Assembly: GCA_951406725.2 (NCBI GenBank)
Contig: OX597829.1
Span: 12,586,001 to 12,650,000, forward strand
Source: Octopus vulgaris
Lineage: Eukaryota
Direction: 5' to 3'
DNA length: 64,000 nucleotides
Part shown: positions 25,447 through 39,070 of the stretch, in pieces
Layout: each line of letters starts with the position of its first letter
Position numbering within the stretch: the first letter of the stretch is position 1
Notes under the pieces: generated by a model
Databases searched by the model: none
What the model saw: only the letters and a program-made list of their open reading frames with translations
What the model was told of the DNA's origin: nothing
Translations under genes and position numbers: made by a program

Positions 25447-25731
25447 CCAAAAGAGACAACGAGAAGTAAGGTGACTTACTCATGTGTTCATTTTCGAACT
25501 GTCTGAGGTGACCTTGGTCTTTTTTGTAGGTTTTTCTTTCCAAGGCTACACCTAAACTGTGAACTTTATTTATATTGCTTTTTTATACACCACATAACCC
25601 ACAGATCCCTATTGATCGAACGTTTGTTCTTTGTGTGTCCCACCCATCCCACCTCGAAAAGAAAAAAAAACTCTACATTGTATTTCGTCCATTTTTTCTG
25701 TGTTTAGCCCTGTGTGGCCACAATAAAAAGT
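23260..25731 (+). mobile_element. Tx1/L1-clade LINE copy 3 (diverged subfamily, 5'-truncated)
   Basis: Open RT to C-terminus; 3' end GCCCTGTGTGGCCACAATAAAAAGT followed by (TATC)n. Confidence 0.9.
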
Positions 25732-25751
25732 TATCTATCTATCTATCTACA

Positions 25752-25837
<86 letters not shown>

Positions 25838-25850
25838 CCTATCTATCTAT
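25732..25850. repeat. (TATC)n microsatellite
   Basis: Direct reading. Confidence 0.95.
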
Positions 25851-26130
25851 ATAGAACTAAGAATGTGTGTCTGTCTGTGTTTCTGCCCGTATGCATGTGT
25901 GCATCACAAAAACTTGAGACTACCCGACCAATTTCATTCAAATTTTTATACATTCACTACATAGGGTCCAAGAGTGTCATGGGTCACACAATTGTTCAAC
26001 TTCTTACCTCATCTGAGCTCGGAGCAATCTCTTAGACGGTTTCGGTATTACGTGCCAAAGGTGAGGCAATAACATCTCTGTTTTAATGTGAGATAATAGT
26101 TTCAGTTTTAATAATTTCACTACTAATACT
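25845..26130 (+). mobile_element. Possible non-autonomous Helitron 5' end
   Basis: TCTATATA...GTGTGTCTGTCTG...ACTAC.CGACCAATTTCATTCAAATTT layout resembles invertebrate Helitron 5' ends. Confidence 0.35.
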
Positions 26131-26139
26131 TTCACTGTA

Positions 26140-26890
<751 letters not shown>

Positions 26891-26977
26891 ACTCTACTCT
26901 TCCAAATATGGGTACCATAATAGCTAGACTTAATAGTAAAAATATATAGTTAGCTAGAGATAGAATAAGTAGTAGCA

Positions 26978-27036
26978 ACAATAATAATGGTAATAATAAT
27001 AATAATAATGATGATGATAATAATAATAATAATAAC

Positions 27037-27076
<40 letters not shown>

Positions 27077-27087
27077 TCAATAACAAT

Positions 27088-27160
<73 letters not shown>

Positions 27161-27192
27161 TCAATAACAATATTAATAATAATAATAATAAT

Positions 27193-27269
<77 letters not shown>

Positions 27270-27270
27270 G
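26978..27270. repeat. (TAA)n microsatellite
   Basis: Direct reading; includes a duplicated ATCAATAACAATATT variant block. Confidence 0.95.
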
Positions 27271-27477
27271 ATTATCTCTGGTCGAACACAACTTCTCTAT
27301 TCACAAACAATACAGAACAGCCCTTCCTTAATTTTTCTTAAGCAGACATTTGAACTTTTTTTGACCAAAAAAAAAATAAAATAAAAAAATAAATAAAGAA
27401 ACATCACTGATGATGTGATGATGGTGATGATGATAATAATGATAGTAATAATGCTGATAATCTATCTATCTATCTAC

Positions 27478-30400
27478 ACACACCCACATACACACTCACA
27501 GAGTTCAGCCAACACAATCCTCACCTCGGCTCTTTAGATGTTAACCAAATATGAAAGTATTATTTGACAGGCAAGAATTCTGGCGTTGAAGACAGCCAGC
27601 CAGCCAGCCAACGAGACAGATAGACACTACTGTGGTGGTGATAATGATAAAAAAAAAACAAAACAAAAATAAGAATAATAAGATACTGCTGTGACTACAC
27701 ATAAAACAATATCATTGATGATGATGATGATGATGATGGTGATGATAGTAGTAGTGGCGATAATGATAATAGTGATAATAATGGTGATGATAATAACAAT
27801 AATAAGCCGACTACGGCTGCTATAATGGTACGATTATAATTGTAACGGCAATGATGGCCGTCTCCCCACGAGCCAATCAAAGCTAAAAAATGATAACATT
27901 ATCGTAGCACCAAAATGTTTTTTGGAAACTAAAAGGAAAACTAAATCAGTATACCAAATCGCTTGTGTTATGGATAATCTGGAAGCGCGTCCCCCAGGGA
28001 AGAGCCAGCCTGGGAACGAAAAGTCATCAACTGGCACAAACTCTTCTCCGAATACGGACATGGATGGTCACTTGAACGGGAAATTCCCCAACTCGAGCCC
28101 TCCAAGTTCACCACCACAACCACCACAGAAAGAAAAATGTAAGCGGAACAAATGGACCCGTGAAGAGTATAAAGAAGTAATATACGCTTATTACTATGCA
28201 TTAGGTCGGCCATCTCAAGAGAGACACACCGCAAACTCTTACAGTATATGGAGAACACGGAATCAAGACAGTAGGCCCTATTTGGACGAGAACAAATTGG
28301 CATATGTGAGGAGGGATATCCTTAGAAATAACAGACTCACAGACAGTGAAATAAGCGCGATCAAGCACGCAACGGAAAATGACATAAATATAAGACACAA
28401 AGGAAATGAAGAATCAGATGAACAGTATAGCCCGCCACGCGGCTTAATTGAAAGACTGCCATCTGACCAAAGTACGCAAAGGCCTGAAGATACAAGAAAT
28501 TCTATTGAACCTGTTAAAGATAGCCAGGAAAAGATAAAACAACAGTAACTGAAGATCTCGCATTTGCTGAAGAACACAGAGAGTCTATGGCAGAAATGAG
28601 GCAGAAAATCCTGAATACACTTGAAGTTGTAAGACATACAAGTATCAATGATAGAGAACCACTTCATAAACTCTCAAATACAAACCAAAATAAAAAACAA
28701 ATCCAAATTGGCAACTATGTAACAAATGAAATAATACGAGAATTAAAACCTGATTTTACTGAGTTAAATGAAATTATTTACGCTTCTACTAGGACAATTG
28801 AAACCAGCTGTATGCTCCCGAAAAAACAAGGAAAACAAAACCTGGGAAGAAATCAAACCTGGAGAAGTAAAATTGAAAAAGAGATTGAATTTATGAGAGG
28901 GGAAATATCAATATTAAATGAACTAATATGTGGAAATGATGTAAGATCCAGAACAGGAAGAAGGATGAAGAGAAAATTTGGATCCTCACCAAGAGAAGAA
29001 CTGATATCAATAAAAGAAACGCTGAAACAAAAAGTCCAAGCAAAAGCCCAAAGAATACGAAGATTTGAGAAGAGAAACAAGATTTACAAGCAAAATAAGC
29101 TGTTCACATCCAATGCCAAAAAATTCTACAGAGAAATAGGGAAGGAGAAAGTAACCGTTAAAGACCCCCCTCCCATGGAAGAAGTTCAAAACTTTTGGAA
29201 AAGGATTTGGAGTGACAAGAAGACGTACAACACAAATGCAGACTGGATTATACAAACTGAAGAATCCTACCAAAATTTACAGCAACAAGCATGGGAAGAC
29301 ATCAAAATAGCAGACCTAAGAAAGGCACTCACGAAGGTCCCATAATTCGAAATCCCCTGGTAAAGATAGGGTGCCGAATTTCTGGCTCGCATCGCTCCCA
29401 TGCGCACACGGTAAGCTAGTTCAGCTGCTCAATGGAATTATGAGAGACCCAAAGAAAACACCTGAATGGTTAGCAAGTGGTATTACCTACCTACTCCCAA
29501 AGAATAACGAAACCAACCTTCCAAAAAACTATCGGCCTATAACCTGTCTATCCACCATGTATAAAATCCTAACATCTATCCTGGCGGAGAAAACATATGC
29601 ATTCATGGAGAAGAACGATATTTTCCCCATTGAACAAAAAGGGTGCCGCCGAGGCTCATACGGATGCAAAGATCAACTGCTAATTAATCGTATGATCCTT
29701 GAGAACTGTCACAACAAGCGCAGAAATCTCAGCTCCGCATGGATTGACTATAAAAAGGCCTTCGACAGTATACCGCCTCCATGGATCTTGAGATCGCTGG
29801 ACATCTTCAAAATTTCCCCTGTGATTTCAAACTTCCTGAAGCATAATATGTCGTTGTGGAATACGAATCTCCAATTATATCACTCTAATGGAGTACTTGC
29901 CTCAGAAAATATAAACATCAACTGTGGAATTTTTCAAGGTGACTCACTTTCACGTTTAATATTCTGCATAGCCCTAATACCCCTTACAAGTGAATTAAAC
30001 AGAACAGGGTATGGGTATAAAATTGCCAATAAAAAAATAAGCCATCTATTTTATATGGATGACTTAAAACTCTATGGTAAAGACAATAATGAACTTGAAG
30101 GCCTATTGCGCACCGTGAAAGCATTCAGCGATGACATCGGGATGGAGTTTGGATGAGAAGTGTGCCAAGGCCACTTTCCAGAAAGGGAAAGTGAAGACCA
30201 CAAATTCAGTCGTGTTAGATGTTGACACAGTCATAAGAGAGCTTGAGCAAGAACAAACATACAAATATTTAGGGATAAATGAAGGCTTTGGTATTCAGCA
30301 TGCAAGCATGAAAGAGAAGATCAGGAAGGAATGTTATAGGAGAGTTCGTGCAGTCCTGAAATCTGAACTAAATGCATGTAACAAGGTGTTAGCTATAAAT

Positions 30401-31775
30401 TCCTTAGCAGTTCCAGTTGTTACTTATAGCTACAATGTGTTGAACTGGAATATGAGTGAAGTAAAGAATATAGATAGGAAAATACGCAAGCTGCTGAGTC
30501 GTAATAGGATGCACCACCCAAAGACAGACATAGATCGCCTTTACCTTCCCAGAGCCCAAGGAGGTCGAGGCCTGATCCAATTTGAACTAGCTTACAAAAC
30601 AACCACAATTGGACTGGCCAAATATCTCGAAATAACGAATGACTGGATGCTAAAGCTCGTGGAAAATCACGAGAGACGAAAGAAGCTTCATTCTATCATC
30701 AAGGAAAGCAAAAAATTTGCTATTGATCTCGTGCAGGATACCCAAACTGAACAACCCGAGGGAAGTACGGCAACTATTGTTGCAAAGAAGGTGAAAATAA
30801 TGGCAACGAAAAAAGCGCACGAGCAATTGGCTGATAGGTGGGAGGAGAAACCTCTGCACGGCAAATATGTGACCCGTAGCAAACAAGCTGATGTTGACCA
30901 GAAGCAAACCCATCAGTGGCTACGGAGCTCAGGGCTAAAAGCAGAGAACGAAGGTTTTATCCTGGCTGCTCAAGATCAAAGCGTATTAACCTGGAACTAC
31001 CAGGCCAATGTGATGAAAAATGGAGCAGACCCCAAATGCCGATTCTGCAATGACATGATTGAAACAGTGGACCACCTAATCTCTGGATGTAAAGTCTTAG
31101 CACCAGTGGAGTATAAATTAAGACATGACAGAGATGGCCAATATCTCCACTGGCTAATAAGTCGGCATTACAATATCAAAACTGCCGACAAGTGGTATAA
31201 TCACCACTCTGAAGCTGTAACTGAAGGCGAAAATGTAACGATTCTGTGGGACTTTCCAGTACATACAGACCGAACCATCAAAGCCAATAAACCAGATATT
31301 GTTGTGAAAGACCAAAACAATAAAGTTTGCTTATTGATCGACATGAGCATCCCCTGTGATCATAATATTTCGGCGAAAGAGTTTGACAAGCTCAGAAAAT
31401 ATAAAGACCTGCTCATTGAAATTGAGAAAATGTGGCATCTCAAGGCGGTTACAATACCAGTGATCGTAGGAGCACTAGGAATGATCAAGAAGGGAACCGA
31501 AAATTATATGAGAATGATCCCTGGCTTACCATCCCTGCAAGAAGTGCAAAAGATTGTCTTAACTGGTACATCACACGTATTGAGAAGAGCATTGTCGATG
31601 TGAGAGCTGTTACTGCCCATGTATTTTAATTTAACCTTAAAAAAGAAAAAAAATGAACGAACTATTTAGTTTGGTTTAATGGCCTACCAATGTATACTAT
31701 GAGTTTCTTTGCCCTAGGAGTCGGGAAGACGCTCGGCAAGAAATGGAAGCAAATTTGAAAGAAGAAGAAAAAAAT
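27478..31775 (+). mobile_element. Near full-length R4/Dong-like RLE LINE, copy A (ORF about 27922-31603, frameshifted)
   Basis: Myb-like KWTREE N-terminus, YRPITCL, QKGC, WIDYKKAFDS, YMDDLKL, CRFC..ETVDHL..C, RHD, KPDIVV..LIDMSIP, KLRKYKDL; ends in A-run and (TAA)n. Confidence 0.93.
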
Positions 31776-31784
31776 AAAATATTA

Positions 31785-31809
<25 letters not shown>

Positions 31810-31819
<10 letters not shown>

Positions 31820-33770
31820 TAACATTAATATAAATAGTGATAATGACAACATCAATGATACAGATAATAAAATAAAAATGTGGTATGTGAGGGAAGTGAG
31901 AATGGATTAATAACTAGCAACCCCAATTTACATAACAATATAACTACTGTTAGAGTAAATAACTCTAATACTAATAATAGCTCTAGTAAGGAAAATGAAA
32001 ATGGACTGTCCCTAAATAATACTAATACCATGAATTACCCCCCCCCAGCTGTAATTGTAGAATGAAATCGAATTGTCCGGTATCTGGCCGCCGTCTGGTC
32101 GAAAATATAACTTATAAACGTTCAGTAATAGCTGTCTTTATTTCGGTTGTTCGGTGGATCTAAAAAAACTTTTAAACAATCATTTTTTCTCCTTTAGGCT
32201 TAAACACAAGGCAGGTTGCACAACACTGTGCAGTAAAATTTGGGAACTGAAAAGAAATAATATAGAATTTAACCTGAAATGGGATATATTAAGGAAAGCA
32301 CGGCCTTATAAAAATAGTAGAGATGGTTGTGAACTTTGTTCTATGGAAACATTTGAGATTTTAAAACATAGGAATAATACAAATTTGTTAAATAACCGTT
32401 CTGAACTAGGAGAATCCTGCATACATCGCACAACCCATACGTTTAAATATTTTAAATAATAATATTGTGACCATTCCTAAATTTTCAAATTCTAATTATT
32501 TATAACTAAATAAGAATGTATATACCATACTAGCTTTTATTCAACATGCACAGATTGCTAAAAAAGCTTCATTACATATTTAGAATTAAATTTCTATTTT
32601 TCTGATAATCTCCTATATTAAATAGAAAAAATTCTATGTCTCTAAAGAAACTACTCAGTTCATCTTGATTACCTCAGTTCCATTTTTTAATATATTATTG
32701 ACCCTGGATATTTTTACCTAACTGATTAGTTTTTCTCCGCGAGTAGTAAATATTATGTCTATTAGATTCTTTAATTTAATTCATTAATTCATTAAATCAC
32801 CATCTTCTAAATCTAAGAAAATTACACTTCTTGATTACTTCCCTTCCTTTTAATGAATCACTATCAACTAAATCTAAGAAAATGACTCATCTTGATTACT
32901 GCTCTTCCGCTTTTTCTAATATATATTATTAACTCCTAATATATTCACTTAATTAATAAGACGTTTGTCCATAGTTATTGAATATTATGCCTACTCATAA
33001 TAAATGATAGGTTTTTTCTCCAAAATTTAATAAATATTAGATTTAAATTTCTCTTTTAATCCAACTTAAAATAATCAACACCTACTGGCCAAGTATAATC
33101 TTATATATTAAAGCGGGTGCATATTTGTGTATGTTTGTATAAGTGTAAAAGAATTTCTATAACTATTTAGTATATAGATGGTCATTGTGACCATCTAGCA
33201 TTGACCTAGTTTTCTTGATACAAAATCAGATTGCCAAATGGGAGGATACAGCCTCTAAGACAATATGACCCCCTTCCACTTTAATTTCTTTAGGAATAAC
33301 TTCTGACATTTATTTCACCCCTATCTATGTCTATAAATAGAAAATCTCTTTTGTCTCCATTCAACAGAATATCCCTCCCAACTTTCTAGCAGTTCAATAT
33401 AGCTTAAAGAAAATTCTTCAGTCAGAAGATAAATTCTATTACCTTAATGTTCTTAACATTCAAATCAACATCTCTGTCTATATATCTACCCTCTTTTTAA
33501 TGTTATCAATTAACATGAAAATAAGTATATGTATTGATGGAAAACCTCTATAAATGGCTGATGATAGCTCAACATTTTAAAACTGTTGTAATTCTTACAA
33601 TGTTTAATAAAATGATGTAGCGTGAAATGATCGTACCAAATTACCGAAGATATTCTTGTTGCTTATTTTGATTATAATCACCCCGTGGATTTATATGGAT
33701 AACACCGTACAAAATTCTGGTGCGTCTGACTTAAGTACCATATTCATTTGAATCTAAATTTTGCTGAACG
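31810..33770 (+). mobile_element. Penelope-like element 3' portion: Asn-rich linker, Cys motif, GIY-YIG remnant, long 3' region with hammerhead
   Basis: CNCRMKSNCPVSG near 32050; ORF 32154-32459 TTLCSKIWELK..LKWDIL..ARPY..GCELCSME..LLNNRSE..C.H; hammerhead at 33555. Confidence 0.75.
33555..33638 (+). ncRNA. Type-I hammerhead motif with long stem II
   Basis: TGG/CCA stem I; CTGATGA; extended hairpin GCT..CATTTTA..TTGTAA/TTACAA..TAAAATG..AGC; GAAA TGATCG TA. Confidence 0.65.
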
Positions 33771-33814
<44 letters not shown>

Positions 33815-34146
33815 GAGACTCCCTTTGGTCCCAAAGGACCATGGGATTGCACATAGAGATTTACCCTCCGAGGCACAATTCCGGGCAAAGTTATTTATGG
33901 AAACCAGCAGTCGCCCATACATACCAGGCGCCCTCTCCACCCCACCGATGTCATCCAAGGGAGAGGCAAAGGGACCGATACAGTTTGGGATCAGTGAATA
34001 GCAGCTCATTTCTACAGATGAGTGAGCTGGAGCAATGTGGAATAAAGTGTCTTGCTCAATAATGCCACATGCAGACCGGTCCGGGATTCGAACTCACAAC
34101 CTCACGGTCGTAAGCTCGTCGCTTTAGCCACTGAGTCATGCGCCTT

Positions 34147-34150
<4 letters not shown>
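33815..34150 (-). mobile_element. tRNA-derived SINE (family 3)
   Basis: Minus strand head GGCGCATGACTCAGTGG...GAGTTCGAATCCC with A and B boxes. Confidence 0.75.
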
Positions 34151-34177
<27 letters not shown>

Positions 34178-34439
34178 CATATATATAAAATTTAATAAGG
34201 GTAGAAATCGATATTAATCAATTAAATCCAGTGGCCTAGCATATTAAAAAGAAATCCGAAGATTAAAATATTTTTACATACAAAATTTAAAGGACAGACC
34301 ACTAAAAGTGGACGTTCAACATGCTATTTTCCAAATCGCTATTTTCCACAAAGAATGTGTCCTCAAATAAAAACCCAGCACGAACCAAAGCATTAAAAAT
34401 AAGCAAGACAAATGAAAATATATGAAATAAAATGATTAC

Positions 34440-34506
34440 CTATGTACCGATCAGTTTCGATTGTTATTATCCACGCATGTGGATACCTGCAATCTCATCA
34501 GCATAG
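34440..34506 (-). ncRNA. Type-I hammerhead ribozyme (mirror copy)
   Basis: Reverse complement of 34534-34600. Confidence 0.85.
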
Positions 34507-34533
34507 TCAGTCATATAGAAATACAATGACAGA

Positions 34534-34600
34534 CTATGCTGATGAGATTGCAGGTATCCACATGCGTGGATAATAACAATCGAAACTGATCGGTACATAG
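34534..34600 (+). ncRNA. Type-I hammerhead ribozyme, canonical core
   Basis: CTATG-CTGATGA-GATTG..(TATCCAC atgc GTGGATA)..CAATC-GAAAC-TGATCG-GTA-CATAG. Confidence 0.88.
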
Positions 34601-34812
34601 GTAATCATTTTTATTTCGTATATTTTCATTTGTCTTGCTTATTTTTAATGCCTTGGTTCGGGCTGGGTTATTATTTGAGAACATATTCTTTGTGGAAAAT
34701 AGTGACTTGACGTCTATATCTAGCATGTTGAACGTCCACTTTTAGTGGTCAGTCCTTTAAATTTTGTATGTACCTATATATATATGCACACACATATTCT
34801 ATATATATATAC

Positions 34813-34849
<37 letters not shown>

Positions 34850-34915
34850 CTATGTATATGTATATACATATATATATATACATACTTATATATTTACATA
34901 CATATATATGTATAT

Positions 34916-34946
<31 letters not shown>

Positions 34947-34991
34947 ATGCTATATACACATGCATATATACATGTATGCATAGAAATCTAT

Positions 34992-35062
<71 letters not shown>

Positions 35063-35099
35063 TACTTCTTTTTAAAGCAGCAGAAAATATAGCAAAAAG

Positions 35100-35137
35100 C
35101 TGTTACTCGGAGTCTCACGTTCCCGTTCATCGGACAG
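35100..35137 (-). ncRNA. Minimal hammerhead variant (U4C; GAAA mutated to GAGA)
   Basis: Minus strand CTGT-CCGATGA-ACG(GGAA)CGT-GAGAC-TCCGA-GTA-ACAG. Confidence 0.6.
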
Positions 35138-35215
35138 TTTTGTTCAGCGTATTATTCTCTGTCTGATATTTGAGTGCTCTTCTTTCCACCTTCTTCCCAT
35201 TTATGTGCTTAATCC

Positions 35216-35258
<43 letters not shown>

Positions 35259-35261
<3 letters not shown>

Positions 35262-35560
35262 GGTGATCACCGTGACCGATCAGGCTACCAGATGTTGCTA
35301 CACATCGCTGGTCACAATGCGCTTCGCATTGTTTTAGCCTTCAAATGACGCCTGGCTAAGCGAGCAGGTCAACAGAAGAAAGAATGAAAGAAAGTTGTGG
35401 CGAAAGAGTACAGCAGGGATCGCTACCACCCCCTGCCGGACTTCGTGGAGCTTTAGGTGTTTTTGGTCAATAAACACTCTCAACGCCTGGTCTGGGAATC
35501 GAAACCTCGATCCTACGACCGCGAGTCGGCTGTACTAACCACCGGGCCATTGTGCCTCCA
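35259..35560 (-). mobile_element. tRNA-derived SINE
   Basis: Minus strand head TGGCCCGGTGGTTAG...GGTTTCGATTCCC. Confidence 0.72.
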
Positions 35561-35573
35561 TACATACATACAG

Positions 35574-35663
<90 letters not shown>

Positions 35664-35669
35664 ATATTT

Positions 35670-35965
35670 AAATAATAAGGGAGATAAATTGAATATTAAT
35701 TTAATTAATATCAATTTCAAACCAGTAGCCTAGCATACAAAAATCTGAAGAATCAAAGAATTCTAATACATGTGCATATATTTAAAGGGCTAAAAGACCA
35801 CTATTTGATCGGCCATATGCTAGAAGTAGATCACCTGCGATCAAACTACAAAGAAAGGAATGTTCTCTAGAGAAAAATTCAGCGTACACCAGAAGAATAT
35901 GCGGGCAAGACAAATGAAAATTATATAAAAAAACAAGAATTAATCGCCGACCTAGGTTTCGCCTA
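35670..35965 (-). mobile_element. Relative of the 34190-34506 repeat with a half hammerhead
   Basis: Shares AATAAGGG, CCAGT.GCCTAGCATA, AGACCACTA blocks; minus strand GAAAC-CTAG-GTC at 35949-35960. Confidence 0.6.
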
Positions 35966-36273
35966 TTACCGAATGAATCTAAGACCAATTTATATTATTA
36001 CTTACCAATGATGCTATAATTAAATAAACAATAATTAATGTTCAAAGCCTTTGCAGACCAAGGACTAGAGTCGTAAAATAACATATTCTCATTTACATAT
36101 TTAAGATAAAACACTAAATTTTAGGCATAGAAACGACAGGAATACTACTAATGAATCTTAATAATAAAATGGTTGAATACAACATTCGAAAATCATAAAA
36201 TAGGGTACAATATATATTGAGTTTCAGTGTTGACTAAATCTAGGAAAATAATAAGAAAACCCTGCCTTATCGA

Positions 36274-36911
36274 CAGGGTCGGTGCTAGGAGGTGTGGGTT
36301 CTATTTTGAGAAATGTCAGTGGGATCCTTTAGTCTACAAAAGCTAGATTGATGTTTTATGATTCGTATCGTACGCCTTTCCCAGCCAAAATGGTTTGAGG
36401 GTTTCAGACTCCACCATTAGCCACAATGATATAATAAATTTTGAAAGCTCATATGAAAGTTTTAATGTTTTATTACAAGTCAAAATAATCACTGACTTAC
36501 AGTTTTGTGAAGAGTTCTTCTAAAAACAGACTTATTTATCTGAGAAGACTTTGAAAATCATTTCAAAGCTAATGGTTTTTATAATGTCATTTTCTATAGA
36601 TAACAGTGGCAAATCATTTAGTCTCTCTTGTGAAATTGTTGACCGTAGGTATGTTTTAATAAGTTTTAGGCTTGAAAAGCTTTTTTTACCTGATGCATCT
36701 GTTACGGGCATTGTTAAGTAAATGCTCAAAGCAATAAAAACATTAAGAAATGTTAGAAACATTAAGAAATATTAGAAATGCTAGTAAGAAATGTTAAGAA
36801 ATAAAAACATTAAGAAATTCATCATAGCGTCCTCCGCTCGAACGTGTGCATGGGTCCCTCTCTTGGGTCTCATTTTGACAAGCTTGCCGAAGTGGCTTAA
36901 AACCGGACCTG
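36274..36911 (-). mobile_element. hAT deletion derivative with C-terminal dimerisation domain (36532-36762)
   Basis: YLTMPVT.AS..KSFSSLKLIKTYLRSTISQERLN.L.LLSIE; TIR-like ends CAGGGTCGGTGCTAGG and CTTAAAACCGGACCTG. Confidence 0.8.
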
Positions 36912-36977
36912 TTCGTCCACACACACACACGGACGCGCGCACACACACGCTCTCTCTCTCTCACATACACACACACA

Positions 36978-37031
<54 letters not shown>

Positions 37032-37756
37032 AAGAAACGCAAAACCAGCAAACCACAGAATGTACTTCAGACAATGTAAAACACGAATTTCTATGTAAAC
37101 ATTTAAGTAGTAAAAATACGTATCTCAAACTGTTAGATCAAACACACAAACATGAGTTGTTCTCGTCGGTTAGCCATGCGTTTAACACGAAGAGCAATTA
37201 TAGCACATTGTAATATGAAAAAACAAATAAAAAGAAAACCCCAGAAAAAGCAGCAGTTGCTACCGCTATCATCATATTGATAATTTCAGAAACATAGACT
37301 GACTACGAAATCTTTATTAATAAAGTAGAAATCTACAATTTAACACTGCACATGCAAAATATACTACGGGGCTAACCGTCCTCCAACACAACTGAGATGA
37401 CATCTGATGCAAGTTCACCTTCGATTGCCTAGAGACATCAGTAGACCAACTTGGATTTTGAGAAATGGAAATCAACCGAGTCTTAGATGACAAATACAAC
37501 GGTAAAACTATTAAGTTTAAAACGTAGTATTGTTTTCATCTACAGTCCAACAATGATGAATTCAAATAATGAAAACACGGGAAAAATACATATATACGTA
37601 TCTGTTGAATGTGTTGAATATAAGTATATGCATTGTTGATAGAAACAAAACTCAATACTTGTGTAAAGTATAGTGATAAAAATTTAATAGAGATTTAAAA
37701 TAAATTTTGAGTGTATCTGGGTGAGTGTGTATGCATGTTTATCTTAGTTTTTGTAT

Positions 37757-38131
37757 ACTCTCTTTTACTCTTTTACTTGTTTCAGTCATTTGACTGCGGC
37801 CATGCTGGAGCATCGCCGGGACTTATTCTTTGGAAGCCCAGTATTCATTCTATCGGTCTCTTTTGCCGAACCGCTGAGTGACAGGGACGTAAACACACCT
37901 GCATCGGTTGTCAAGCAATGCTAGGGGAACAAACACAGACACACAAACGCATACACACACATACATATATATATATACATATATACGACAGGCTTCTTTC
38001 AGTTTCCGTCTACCAAATCCACTCACAAAGCATTGGTCGGCCCAGGGCTATAGCAGAAGATACCACGCAGAGGGACTGAACCTAGAACCATGTGGTTGGT
38101 TAGCAAGCTACTTACCACACAGCCACTCCTG
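37757..38131 (-). mobile_element. SINE family 2
   Basis: TGGCTGTGTGGTAAG head; CCAGCATGGCCGCAGTCAAATGACTGAAACAAGTAAAAGA tail. Confidence 0.85.
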
Positions 38132-38444
38132 TGTACATCTGTGTGTGAATGCAAGTGTATGTATGTGTGCGCGAGTGTTTGTATGCGTGTGCCTGTTTGT
38201 ATGTGTGTGCAAGTGTTTGTATGAGGGGAGTGTGTGTGCATGCGGTCGTTTGCGCGTGTTTTTGTGCGCGCGCATATATATACTCTAAACGATGGGACAT
38301 GATGAGAAATTAAATAAGTACACCAATTCGACGATGATATCGGTTGTTATGTCTAGCGGTTTACCTGTTTCTGGTTGTTTTGCGCAACCTTAAGAAAGCC
38401 TGGTAGAGTATAATAATGTATATACGCATATGTGTTTGTGTGAG

Positions 38445-38757
38445 TCGGTTACGACTACGATGGTTCCAGTTGATCCGACCAATGGAGCAGCCTGGTTGTG
38501 ATATTAACGTGAAAGTAGCTGAGCACTCCAGAAACACAGGTACTCTTAACGTAGTTCTCAGGGATATTCAGCATGACACAGAACGAGTCAAGGCCGTCCC
38601 TTGAATTACAGGTACAAATCATTTTTGACTGGTGAGTGTATTGGAGCAGCGTAAAATAAACTGTCATTAACTAGGACACAACGAACCGCCGGGCATCGAA
38701 CCCGCGACCTTACGATCAGGATTCGAATTTCCTAACTACTAAGCCACACGCCTTCAC
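38445..38757 (-). mobile_element. tRNA-derived SINE (family 3-like)
   Basis: Minus strand GTGAAGGCGTGTGGCTTAGTAG...GGGTTCGATGCCC; body shared with 52500-52695. Confidence 0.7.
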
Positions 38758-39018
38758 TATGAGTGTATATGTGAGTGTATATTGCGTGTATATCTGAGTG
38801 TACACTATGATTGTATATGCATGGCTGTGTGCTTGTGAATGTTTTACACATAATGCTGTTTATATGCTATGTATTTGGATATACATATTCATGAAATAAA
38901 TGCTGTCGATATACAAAACGACCAGACACAATGAAACAAATCATGCATAAAGAATGCCATTACATAATGTATAATATATAAACAGAACAAAATATTTACA
39001 TATATACATACATATACC

Positions 39019-39070
<52 letters not shown>

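Larger units (their letters stand above)
34275..34772. repeat. About 240-bp imperfect inverted repeat, 11-nt spacer, flanked by TA tracts
   Basis: 34275-34514 vs 34526-34772. Confidence 0.92.

Noticed and set aside
36266-36919. 8-bp TSD for the hAT derivative
   Set aside because: CTTATCGA vs TTCGTCCA match at only 4 of 8 positions.
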